From Pelagibacteraceae bacterium AG-461-B04 (GTDB taxonomy: Bacteria > Pseudomonadota > Alphaproteobacteria > Pelagibacterales > AG-422-B15): a stretch of 64,000 bases of DNA. A model generated the notes under the pieces. It saw only the letters and a list, made by a program, of their open reading frames with translations. It was not told the DNA's origin and made no database searches. The stretch spans positions 3,134 to 67,133 of the forward strand of contig QCRN01000001.1 in assembly GCA_003211835.1 (NCBI GenBank), given 5' to 3'. The translations under genes were made by a program, and so were the position numbers. Below are positions 9,845 to 18,944 of the stretch, piece after piece (the first letter of the stretch is position 1; every line of letters starts with the position of its first letter).

Positions 9845-10822
9845 ATGATTAATATTGGGATCATTGGTTGTGGAAGAATATTTAATAAACATTTATCTGC
9901 AATAAAAAAAAATAAAAATTTTAATTTATCAGCTATCTGTGATGTTGATGCAAATGCCTTTAAAAAACTAGGTAAACTTGATGTAAATTTTTATTTAGAT
10001 ATTACAAAAATGGTCAATAATGAAAATCTTGATATGGTTACTATACTCACTCCAAGTGGACTTCATTATAAAAATTTTCTTAAAGTTAATCAATCTGTAA
10101 AAAATATTTTAATAGAAAAGCCATTAACCACAAATTCAACTCACGCAAAAAAACTTTATGAACTTTCCAGGAGAAACAAAAATAATGTTTTTGTTGTAAT
10201 GCAAAATAGATTCAATAAGCCAATTATTGCTTTGAAAGAGATTTTAAATAAAGAAAAATTAGGTAAGGTTTTTCTTACATCTGTTAGAGTTCGGTGGTCT
10301 AGAGATGAAAAATATTATAATTTAGCGAAGTGGAGAGGTACGAAGAAAGATGATGGTGGAGTATTATTCAATCAGGCTGCACACCATGTAGATATGATGA
10401 CCTATCTTAATGGCCCAATTAAAAAAGTTACAGCTTTTAAAAATAATTTCATTGTTAAAAATATTAATCATGAAGATACAATTGTTGCGGCCATCAAATT
10501 TATAAATGGATCTATAGGTTCTTTGGAAGTGACGGTTGCTACAAGACCCAGTGATTTAGAAGGTTCTATAAGTGTATTGGGTTCAAAGGGATCAGTTGAA
10601 ATTTCAGGTTTTTCAATGGATGAAATAAAACATTGGAATTTTTATAAGAAATACAAAAAACCTCACATTAAGTCTCATAACCACATTTATGGAATAGGCC
10701 ATGTTCAACTTTATAGAGAAATATTTAAAGCCATAAGCAATGAAAAAAATATTGCACCTACAGTAAAAGATGGGTATGAAAATGTTAAATTAATTGAAAA
10801 AATATACAAATCAACAAAATGA
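9845..10822 (+). CDS. Gfo/Idh/MocA oxidoreductase, WbpB/WlbA-like (UDP-sugar 3-dehydrogenase type)
   Basis: 'IGIIGCGRI', 'IEKPL', 'MQNRFNKPIIALKE' and 'KWRGTKKDDGGVLFNQAAHHVDMM' are collinear with WbpB as I remember it. Confidence 0.75.
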   Translation: MINIGIIGCGRIFNKHLSAIKKNKNFNLSAICDVDANAFKKLGKLDVNFYLDITKMVNNENLDMVTILTPSGLHYKNFLKVNQSVKNILIEKPLTTNSTHAKKLYELSRRNKNNVFVVMQNRFNKPIIALKEILNKEKLGKVFLTSVRVRWSRDEKYYNLAKWRGTKKDDGGVLFNQAAHHVDMMTYLNGPIKKVTAFKNNFIVKNINHEDTIVAAIKFINGSIGSLEVTVATRPSDLEGSISVLGSKGSVEISGFSMDEIKHWNFYKKYKKPHIKSHNHIYGIGHVQLYREIFKAISNEKNIAPTVKDGYENVKLIEKIYKSTK

Positions 10823-10823
10823 T

Positions 10824-11927
10824 ATGAAAATAGAATTCAATGACTTATCAATTATTCATAACGAAATAAAAGATGAAATAAACAAATCGATAAATAAAAC
10901 TATAAGTGAAAATAAATATATATTATCTGATCAAGTAGATAGGTTTGAAAGAGAGTTTAGTAAATATTGTAATGCTAAATATGCTATTGGATGTGGAAAT
11001 GGATATGATGCATTATTTCTTGCAATAAAATCGCTCAATTTAAGAAAGAATGCTAAAGTTATTGTTCCTGCTATGACTTACGCAGCTACATCATTTGCAG
11101 TGGTAAACGCTGGACTAAAACTGGAACTTGTTGATGTTGATAAAAATGGGTTAATTGATCTAGAACAAATAGAGCAAGCAATAGATTCAAGTACAAAATT
11201 AGTAATGCCTGTTCATTTATATGGGCAAGCAGTAAATATGAAAAAGGTAAAGAAGATTTCAAAAAAACATAATTTGAAAATAATTGAAGACTGCGCCCAA
11301 GCACATGGTGGATATGATAATCACTCAAATCAAAAATTAGGATGTTTAGGGGATATTGCCTGTTACAGTTTTTATCCAGGAAAAAATCTTGGAGCATTTG
11401 GAGATGCTGGGGCTATGGTTACAAATAACAAAAAACTTTATAATAAATTGAAAGCATTCAGAGCTCTTGGATCTATGCAAAAATACCATCATGATAATTA
11501 TGGAGTTAATAGTAGGTTAGACGAATTACAGGCGGCAATATTAAGAATTAAATTAAAAAAACTTGATAAATGGAACGCTTCCCGTAAAAAAATTGGTATA
11601 TATTATTTGAATAATATAAATTTTAACGATGACTTTAGGGCAATTAATACAACCAAAAATTCAGTGTATCATATTTTTAATCTCATCGTTCCTCAAAGAA
11701 AAAAATTTGTAAATTTTATGAGTGATCAAAAAATTCCAACGGTAATGCATTACCCTAGATCAATAAATCAACATAAACTACTCAAAGAGCAATTTTCTAA
11801 TAAAAAATTTATAAATGCTGAGGAAATTGCTGCTCACTCAGTAAGTATTCCCATTTTTCCTCAAATGAAAAAAGAGGAGATTGATTATGTGATATCAAAA
11901 ATTAACCACTTCATAAGTAAAAACTAA
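10824..11927 (+). CDS. DegT/DnrJ/EryC1/StrS PLP-dependent sugar aminotransferase (WbpE/WlbC-like)
   Basis: 'DEINKSI', 'FE.EFSKYCNAKYAIGCGNGYDAL', 'IIEDCAQAHG', 'SFYPGKNLGAFGDAG' (PLP lysine region). ATG 10824 sits 1 nt after the upstream stop; the ORF-track start 10794 overlaps that gene. Confidence 0.85.
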   Translation: MKIEFNDLSIIHNEIKDEINKSINKTISENKYILSDQVDRFEREFSKYCNAKYAIGCGNGYDALFLAIKSLNLRKNAKVIVPAMTYAATSFAVVNAGLKLELVDVDKNGLIDLEQIEQAIDSSTKLVMPVHLYGQAVNMKKVKKISKKHNLKIIEDCAQAHGGYDNHSNQKLGCLGDIACYSFYPGKNLGAFGDAGAMVTNNKKLYNKLKAFRALGSMQKYHHDNYGVNSRLDELQAAILRIKLKKLDKWNASRKKIGIYYLNNINFNDDFRAINTTKNSVYHIFNLIVPQRKKFVNFMSDQKIPTVMHYPRSINQHKLLKEQFSNKKFINAEEIAAHSVSIPIFPQMKKEEIDYVISKINHFISKN

Positions 11928-13486
11928 TTTAATTCACTATGAAGCATATCTTTACCCAACGCATAAAGAAATAATGAATAGGGAAGATGATGCAGTGAAG
12001 CTATATTGAGGAATATTAAAGCACAAATAATATTTACTTTTTTTAGACTGTAATTGTTTAATGTAATCCATTTAGTAAAATATAATTCGCAATCTTTTAA
12101 AACTTTTTTTCTGTAAATACTGTATTTAATTTCTTTTTTGCTCCAGTCTATTATAAATTGATTTTTGTTAACAGCGTCATGAGATACTATAAGGCCGTGC
12201 ATAAGTTTTGCTAAATCGTAGTATAGATCACCATAATTTAAATTACCTGAGAAATTTTGCCTCCAATCTAGAAACGTAAATAATTTATCTTTGTTATTCC
12301 ACAAAATATTTTCGAAATGATAATCCCCGTGAAATCTAGATGGAATTCCATTTGAAATATCATCCCAGTCAATTTTATTGATTAATAATTCTAGTGTTGG
12401 AACTTTTTTACCATTAATAATTTCGTTTTTATCTTTAGTTTTAAACTTTAAATAAAACTGATTGATTCTGTCTATTGTTTTATTTTTGTAAAAAAAAAGA
12501 CATTCTTTTTTAAAAGCAATTTTTTTTGCTTTATTTAATTTTTTAATCTTCCAGAAATTCTCAGATGTTTTCAATAATTTTAGAAATAAAGGCACAGAAA
12601 TGACTTTTGACAATACATCGCCATCAACTTTGTTATATTTATACATATTTGGAGTATGAGATATTATTTTCGGAACGAAATCCTGTATTTTTTTTGATCT
12701 TTGTACTCTTTCTTTAATGAAATTTTTATCAATAGAGAATTTAATGGCATTGTTTCCTACAAACCAAATGGCTTCATTTTCTTTTGGTAAAATATTAGGG
12801 GAGTCCTTTGACCTAAATTTTTTTCTTAGTATTTGTAATGAGTCTTTATTGCCGCTGTCAAACCAAGGACTGTGAATAGCTTTGATTTGATTGTCTAACA
12901 TCTTTCTCAGTGCATAAGACTCTCCTTGTTCTATAGCCTTTTTTTTACCATTTGACATTTCACTCCAAAACTTGTCATAACTATATATACCTGCCAATCC
13001 TGTATATGCCTTTAATTTCTTATCAGATCTGCCCTTCTCAAATATGTTGGTAACGATCCCTTTTTTCACATCTAAAGACCTATATTCCGAAATATTTTTT
13101 ACATTTGAATAGAATATCCAATCATAGTCCGGGGGAGGTATTTTTTTTGTAACCAGCGTATCACACGATATAAATATAAATGGTCTCATCAAATATTTTT
13201 TACAAGATATTAGGGTAAAACCTAAACCGGAACCTTCTCCTTCATAAGGATGAACATTTACAAATGAAAATTTATATTTTGGATAAGTTAAGTTTAAAAA
13301 TTCTTTAACAAGATTTCCTTTATAGCCTAAAGCAATTACAAAGTTTGTATCACTTGGGAATGATGAAATTTGATGGGAAATTATAGGTTTATTATTTGCT
13401 GAAACTAATGATTTATTAATATTTCTTGTTTCATCTGCTAATCTCGATCCAATCCCGGCTGTGGGAATAAATACTGTATAATTCAT
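11924..13486 (-). CDS. bifunctional nucleotidyltransferase / APH-ChoK-like kinase fusion protein
   Basis: The N-terminus has 'IPTAGIGSRL' (NTP-transferase G-x-G-x-R). The C-terminus has 'HGDYHFENILW' followed by 'FLDWRQ', the catalytic loop and Mg-binding Asp of the aminoglycoside/choline kinase fold. Confidence 0.75.
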   Translation of the reverse strand: MNYTVFIPTAGIGSRLADETRNINKSLVSANNKPIISHQISSFPSDTNFVIALGYKGNLVKEFLNLTYPKYKFSFVNVHPYEGEGSGLGFTLISCKKYLMRPFIFISCDTLVTKKIPPPDYDWIFYSNVKNISEYRSLDVKKGIVTNIFEKGRSDKKLKAYTGLAGIYSYDKFWSEMSNGKKKAIEQGESYALRKMLDNQIKAIHSPWFDSGNKDSLQILRKKFRSKDSPNILPKENEAIWFVGNNAIKFSIDKNFIKERVQRSKKIQDFVPKIISHTPNMYKYNKVDGDVLSKVISVPLFLKLLKTSENFWKIKKLNKAKKIAFKKECLFFYKNKTIDRINQFYLKFKTKDKNEIINGKKVPTLELLINKIDWDDISNGIPSRFHGDYHFENILWNNKDKLFTFLDWRQNFSGNLNYGDLYYDLAKLMHGLIVSHDAVNKNQFIIDWSKKEIKYSIYRKKVLKDCELYFTKWITLNNYSLKKVNIICALIFLNIASLHHLPYSLFLYALGKDMLHSELN

Positions 13487-13857
13487 TATCCTTTTCTATC
13501 ATAATCGTCACTTAGTCTGATAACATCATCCATTTCAGGAGTACTTGCTTCCAAATAAACTGAGGTTTCGACAGCTTCCATTCTATGTATTGTTCCTGGC
13601 GATATTGTAACAGTTTCACCTGAGCTATAAATTTTCGAATTAAGGTTTTCTTTCTTCTTGCCAATTACAATTTTTAATTTTCCAGATAGGACGTAAATTG
13701 TCTCTTTTTTGTTGTTATGGTACTGTAAGCTACATCTATGACCACTCAACATCGTTAACTTTTTTACCATGTATTTATCATTTATTTCTATAACTTCTTC
13801 TTGACCCCATGGTTTTTTTATAAGCTTCATAATATATCTACAATCTGTATTTTTCAT
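13486..13857 (-). CDS. cupin-domain protein, type II phosphomannose-isomerase-like
   Basis: 'KPWGQEEVI....YMVKKLTMLSGHRCSLQYHNNKKETIYVLSGKLKI' matches the ManC C-terminal cupin pattern. Its TAA stop shares one base with the next gene's ATG. Confidence 0.65.
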   Translation of the reverse strand: MKNTDCRYIMKLIKKPWGQEEVIEINDKYMVKKLTMLSGHRCSLQYHNNKKETIYVLSGKLKIVIGKKKENLNSKIYSSGETVTISPGTIHRMEAVETSVYLEASTPEMDDVIRLSDDYDRKG

Positions 13858-14662
13858 ATTCAGGAAAATATTTAAAAAATTGATTGTAAAAAACTTTTAC
13901 ATACATTTGCATTTGCCATCTACTATTAAATCCATATTTTGATTTCATCCAATATAACCCTTCTTCTAAATATAATTGGATATTTTTTTCAAACTTGTCT
14001 GTTTTAATGGTTTCTGATTGATTTATTAAGTAACTCTCATTTTCTTCAGCCCAGACAGACTTAGTAATTGCCGATGCCCAATCATTTGCGTAACCTTTTG
14101 CAATAATTTCGCTTTCAGATGCATACCCTCTAAAATTATTACCATCAAAAAAAAAATTCATCATATTAGGTTGTTTTTTTTCACAAATATCCTCTATAAA
14201 TTCTTTTCTTAAGAAATAAGCATTGTTGTGGATATACCAAAAATACTTTGTTTCGTTGTCCAATAACAAGTCTTTTTCACCCCATTTATTCGAGCAAGGA
14301 GATAACAAACCTACTCTGGGGTGTTCAATCATAATATCAATTAATTTAGAAATAAATGGTTCATCTTGAAACTCAGTATCATTTGTTACAAGTAAAAAAA
14401 AATCGTAATTATCAAATTTATTTTCATTTTTTAATTTAAGAAGTGAATAATTCATACCACGACAATATCTTAATCCATTTTTCATAGCTTCAGGCGAATC
14501 TGCATACCATGTATAATTTTTTGATAATAAAGCTTTGTCAGAGCCTGACTCTAAAATAAAAACATCTGTATATTTAGCATCGTGCTTAATAATCTGATCA
14601 TAAAGATTATCAGTTGGAACAGGTAAATTTCTATTTAGTATTATTGTCGCAACTTTTGGCAT
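13838..14662 (-). CDS. GT-A-fold (GT2-like) glycosyltransferase, putative
   Basis: 'ATIILNRN', 'FILESGSD', 'FFLLVTNDTEF' (DxD position), 'GLLSP'. Operon context. Confidence 0.45.
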   Translation of the reverse strand: MPKVATIILNRNLPVPTDNLYDQIIKHDAKYTDVFILESGSDKALLSKNYTWYADSPEAMKNGLRYCRGMNYSLLKLKNENKFDNYDFFLLVTNDTEFQDEPFISKLIDIMIEHPRVGLLSPCSNKWGEKDLLLDNETKYFWYIHNNAYFLRKEFIEDICEKKQPNMMNFFFDGNNFRGYASESEIIAKGYANDWASAITKSVWAEENESYLINQSETIKTDKFEKNIQLYLEEGLYWMKSKYGFNSRWQMQMYVKVFYNQFFKYFPEYEKYRL

Positions 14663-14664
14663 TT

Positions 14665-15822
14665 CTAATGAAGTCTAAAAGCTTTTGTATATCTTGAAAT
14701 ACTTTTTTTCACAGCTTCTTTTAACAATTTGTCTAAATTAACTATTTTCTTACTAGCTGCAAGTTTTAGTTCAACAATTTTTTCTTGGGAAAATATATAA
14801 TGACCTGCGATAATTGCTTTATCTTGATCGGTGGCGAGACCATCATTTAACATCCACTTTTTCCATTTGTTTGAAGAGAAAGATAATTTAATAAACTCTT
14901 CAGCAAGATTATCTAAGTTATTTGATTTTAATAAATCGATTAATGTTCTAGTTTCAGCAACTCCAAATTCTGGTGCAACATTAGCAGAATGTATACCAAG
15001 CTTAGGATGCCAATTTAGTGCGTCATTAGACAAGTAGTCTGTATTATGCTCCTTCATATAAATTCCATATTTATTGCAAATAGATATCATTTTGGGCAGT
15101 TGTATTTCAGGAGGAATTTCGTTTTCAACCCGTATCGGTGAGTCGAAGGAACCTACATTACGAGTCTCCATCACTCTCGTTCCAGCTTGGATCACTACAA
15201 AAGATGGAAAAGGGAATTTATTCTTTTTACAAAATTCCTTCATACTAGCTAGTGTATACTCAAGTTCTTTCTGAGTATTAGTTGACCCACTTTGCTCCTC
15301 AGTGCCAATCTCAAAAATTATATCCTTATTAATTTTTTTGGCATAGCTATAACAATAATCATAAAGCTCATAAACTCTCTCTAAAACTTGATCAACATTA
15401 GGTGTTTCATGAAGATCAATACTGGGATCAATATGTAATATTTCGAACCCAGCATCTATATCACTTTTATACGATCTCTTTGCAGATTCCATCGCATCTT
15501 TTAATGATAAGTTATTTTTAACCTCAATTTCATTTTGCCATGGACCACCATGGTCGCGTGCAAGAATTATATTTTTTTTGATATTTTTTGATCTTACATA
15601 TTCTGCATATTTAGTAGTTGTCCAGTTATTTACATATCCGCCACCATATTCCTCACTATCTATTTGTCTTCTGCTAGCAATAAGAATTAATGGAGCCTCA
15701 TTTTCATTTGCAAGGTCTATAACTGCATCTACACAATTTTTACTCATGGGGCCGATGCCTAATAAAGTACAGCATTTATTATCAACAAAATTAGTAATTT
15801 TTTCATGAATCATATACTCCAC
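14665..15822 (-). CDS. GatZ/KbaZ-family protein (tagatose-bisphosphate aldolase accessory subunit / ketohexose-6-phosphate epimerase family)
   Basis: Collinear with E. coli GatZ motifs as I remember them: 'IASRRQID..GGY' vs 'ATSNQVNQFGGY', 'ILARDHGGPW' vs 'ILGGDHLGP', 'GFEILHIDPS' vs 'GFSKIHLDAS', 'EIGTEE', 'EHNTDY' vs 'AHSTDY'. Confidence 0.65.
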   Translation of the reverse strand: MEYMIHEKITNFVDNKCCTLLGIGPMSKNCVDAVIDLANENEAPLILIASRRQIDSEEYGGGYVNNWTTTKYAEYVRSKNIKKNIILARDHGGPWQNEIEVKNNLSLKDAMESAKRSYKSDIDAGFEILHIDPSIDLHETPNVDQVLERVYELYDYCYSYAKKINKDIIFEIGTEEQSGSTNTQKELEYTLASMKEFCKKNKFPFPSFVVIQAGTRVMETRNVGSFDSPIRVENEIPPEIQLPKMISICNKYGIYMKEHNTDYLSNDALNWHPKLGIHSANVAPEFGVAETRTLIDLLKSNNLDNLAEEFIKLSFSSNKWKKWMLNDGLATDQDKAIIAGHYIFSQEKIVELKLAASKKIVNLDKLLKEAVKKSISRYTKAFRLH

Positions 15823-16337
15823 TCTCCAATCGTTGAATTTTTTTTTAAATATTTTAGTGGTTTATGAATTTTGAAGATTTGTTTGAAAATATGTAAAACT
15901 GCTTCAGCTACAGCTCTATCTCCACCAGCTCTTTTAGTAATAAAATCGGCTGATCTGATACATTGTTTGTCTGAGTTTGAAGGACATATTGAATATCCAA
16001 CCTTATCCATAACAAGACTATCAAATATTCCATCACCAATATATATTACACTTTCTAAATTATACTTTTTTTCTATCCATTTAACCCTGTCTAGAGTACT
16101 TACGAGATATAATTCAAATTTCATATCTCCTACAATTCTTTTCTTTGAAATTTTAAACCCTTTTTTATCACCAGTAACAAAAATTATTTCCATAAAATTT
16201 TTTAGCATTGATAATGCATCATTATCATCTGCACCAAATACTTTCATAATCTTACCATCTTCCGTATAATAAAACTTTCCATCGGTCATCACGCCATCAA
16301 CATCCAAAATAAGCGTTGTAAATTTTGTTTTTTTCAT
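15810..16337 (-). CDS. KdsC-family HAD-IIIA phosphatase (ulosonate-phosphate phosphatase type)
   Basis: 'LILDVDGVMTDGKFYYTEDGKIMKVFGADDNDAL' and 'IYIGDGIFD' match the KdsC/YrbI pattern. Confidence 0.75.
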   Translation of the reverse strand: MKKTKFTTLILDVDGVMTDGKFYYTEDGKIMKVFGADDNDALSMLKNFMEIIFVTGDKKGFKISKKRIVGDMKFELYLVSTLDRVKWIEKKYNLESVIYIGDGIFDSLVMDKVGYSICPSNSDKQCIRSADFITKRAGGDRAVAEAVLHIFKQIFKIHKPLKYLKKNSTIGEWSI

Positions 16338-16351
16338 ATCTATACTTTTAA

Positions 16352-18214
16352 TTAATTTTTTTTAATCTTGAATTCTTTGAAGGAGGATAAAATTTCATAT
16401 AATTTATGGATATTTCTATCTTTTAGTATGTTACTTATTTCATTTAAAAAATCATTGACATCAAAATTTTCTGGATAATTTTCAATAGCTTTATTAACTT
16501 TTTTATGCCCTGTTGATTTTAATTTTGACGAACTATATAATTTTTCTTCCATTTTTTCACCTGGTCTTTTTTCTATAAATTTTATTTCTATATCTCCATC
16601 AGGATTAGATTTGTTTTTCTCTGTAAACCCATAAACTTGTATCATATTTTTAGCAAGATCAATGATTTTGATTGGTTTTCCCATGTCTAATATGAAGATC
16701 TCACCTTCGGAGCCGTATGATCCAGCTAATAAAACTAATTGAGAGGCTTCTGAAATTGACATAAAATATCTCGTCATATTTTCATCGGTTACCGTTACTG
16801 GACCACCCCTAAAAATTTGCTCTCTAAAAAGAGGTATAACTGAACCTGATGATCCAATTACGTTTCCAAATCTTACAATTGCAAAGTTAGTGACCTTATT
16901 TCGCTTAGCTGCTTCTTGAACAATTATTTCAGAAATTCTCTTAGAGGCTCCCATAATATTTTCCGAGTAGACAGCTTTGTCTGTTGAAACAAGAATAAAC
17001 CTATCGACGTCCTTCTTCATACAAGTAACAACTAAATTGTGAGTACCAATGACATTATTTTTAAATCCATCAATTGGATTAGCTTCTACTAATGGCACAT
17101 GTTTATAGGCAGCTGCATGTATAACGACTTCAATTTTATGATCATCCATTATTTTTTCGATTAATGATATATCAATAATTGTACCTAGACATGGTATTAC
17201 GACTATTTTACTGTCATATTCTTTTATAAATTTCTCGATTGAGTAAAGTGCAAATTCATTATGGTCCAAGAGTATTATTTTTTTGGGTTTAAGGTTCAAT
17301 AATTGCTTTGTCAATTCCGAACCAATCGAACCGCCTGCTCCTGTAACTAGAATATTTTTTGAATTATATGATTTTTCAAATAATTGATAAGGTATATCTA
17401 CTTTATTTCGCTCTATGAAATCATCAGCGTTGACCTGTTTTAATCTATCTTCAATATTTCCACTTTTTAATAGTTCATTGATACTCGGTAATGTTCTTAT
17501 TTCAATATCAAAGGAAGTAAGATATTTCAAAACATCTTGTTTCTTATTATCTGAGGCTGACGGAATTGCCATCCAAATTTCATCGATTTTATTATTCAAA
17601 ATAAATTTTTTAAACTTTTTCCTTGAAAAAACAGTCTTATTTGAGATGGTTGTATTGTTTAAATTTGGATTATCATCAATAAAAGCGGAGACGAAATATT
17701 CAGAAAACGAGCTAAGACTATTTGATAGCTGAATACCGGAATTTCCGGCACCAAATATGACAATATTTTTTTGTTGAATGTTTAATTTTTGTCTTAAACT
17801 ATTTAGAATTGAAAATAATATTAATCTAAAGATACAAATTCCTAAAAAGAATATAAATGGAAAAATAATAATTATAGATCGAGGCACTGTAAAAAGATCA
17901 AGAAATACAAATACTGAAAAGAAACCAGCTATAACAAGGGTATATCCTGATAATCGATAAAAATCATTAATACCAAAAGATCTTAGTATAATCATATCAA
18001 TTTGAGTAATCCTTGCAGATAAAAAAATTACAAAAGGTAAGGAAATGAAAAAATAGTAAGCAGCACTAAAGGATATCATCGTCATCTCTGAAGTTAAACT
18101 TTCAAGTCTTAATGCTAATGCTAAATAAAACGAAATTAACGCAATTAATATATCACCAAGTAATACGATTGATTGTTTTAAATATCTTGGTAAAGAAATT
18201 ATATTCTTGTACAT
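16352..18214 (-). CDS. membrane-anchored polysaccharide biosynthesis protein CapD/WbpM/PglF family (NDP-sugar 4,6-dehydratase)
   Basis: 4-5 N-terminal TM helices, two Rossmann motifs ('IFGAGNSG', 'LVTGAGGSIGSEL'), 'YKHVP' and 'STDKAV' typical of Polysacc_synt_2. Confidence 0.85.
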   Translation of the reverse strand: MYKNIISLPRYLKQSIVLLGDILIALISFYLALALRLESLTSEMTMISFSAAYYFFISLPFVIFLSARITQIDMIILRSFGINDFYRLSGYTLVIAGFFSVFVFLDLFTVPRSIIIIFPFIFFLGICIFRLILFSILNSLRQKLNIQQKNIVIFGAGNSGIQLSNSLSSFSEYFVSAFIDDNPNLNNTTISNKTVFSRKKFKKFILNNKIDEIWMAIPSASDNKKQDVLKYLTSFDIEIRTLPSINELLKSGNIEDRLKQVNADDFIERNKVDIPYQLFEKSYNSKNILVTGAGGSIGSELTKQLLNLKPKKIILLDHNEFALYSIEKFIKEYDSKIVVIPCLGTIIDISLIEKIMDDHKIEVVIHAAAYKHVPLVEANPIDGFKNNVIGTHNLVVTCMKKDVDRFILVSTDKAVYSENIMGASKRISEIIVQEAAKRNKVTNFAIVRFGNVIGSSGSVIPLFREQIFRGGPVTVTDENMTRYFMSISEASQLVLLAGSYGSEGEIFILDMGKPIKIIDLAKNMIQVYGFTEKNKSNPDGDIEIKFIEKRPGEKMEEKLYSSSKLKSTGHKKVNKAIENYPENFDVNDFLNEISNILKDRNIHKLYEILSSFKEFKIKKN

Positions 18215-18323
18215 CTTATTAGCATAGATTAAATATAGTAAAAAATAGACTTTTTTATCTTATATCACGCCTAATTCTGAAGATCCACCTATAACAAAAT
18301 ATAGTAGCCTTTCGCAATATTAA

Positions 18324-18814
18324 TTTAGGTCAACACATACAAAAATAATAAAATATATACTTCAGATTAATAAATCAAAAGTATTAGATTATGGATGTGG
18401 TTATAAAGTATTTGATGCTATGATCAAAAGGTCTTTAGGTCTTTTGCAAAAAAAATTGATTGTTTATTGTCTAATTTATGATCTCAACTCCGAACTCTCT
18501 GATTATTACAGTATATCAAACTTAGAATATGAAGTTTTTGTATCAACTCATGGACTTCAAAATTTAACCACTAGAAAAATTAAAGATCTTTTAAATAGCA
18601 TCAAAACAAAAAAAATTGCACATTAATATTGTGGTTATCAAGACAAAATTTATTATCAAAAGAACTTGCCTTTCTCTCATTTAATCTTGATGCTCACAAT
18701 GCAACAATCACAACCTATGACGAACAGGTAAAAGTTATAAGTAAAGAACTTACAATTATAGAAGTTAGCAATATATTCTTTATGACAGACGTTTTTGTAT
18801 ACAAATTTCGTTAA
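18324..18814 (+). pseudogene. possible decayed class I SAM-methyltransferase remnant
   Basis: The frame is open from 18324 with no ATG before motif I 'KVLDYGCG'. 'IVYCLIYDLNSE' looks like beta2 with its acidic residue. A stop at 18624-18626 is followed by a frame change. The two small ORFs 18420..18626 and 18629..18814 look like pieces of one gene. Confidence 0.3.
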
Positions 18815-18891
<77 letters not shown>

Positions 18892-18944
18892 TAAAGAATC
18901 TGGAACTTATAGATAAAAAATTTAAAGTCAACATTATCAATTAT

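Noticed and set aside
15871-16269. Antisense or shadow ORFs inside longer genes (also 4680-4874, 7905-8195, 11086-11397, 14831-15274, 17415-17960, 21022-21288, 46681-47177, 50008-50559, 59974-60913, 63021-63644)
   Set aside because: Each is fully embedded opposite a longer ORF with clear family motifs. Their translations are low-complexity (Ser/Leu/Phe/Ile-rich), as expected for antisense frames in AT-rich DNA.
18892-18944. A TTGACT ... TATAAG pair upstream of tRNA-fMet as its promoter
   Set aside because: The spacer between the two hexamers is only 14 nt, which does not fit a sigma70-type promoter. It is left as a question under the rrn-split finding rather than annotated.
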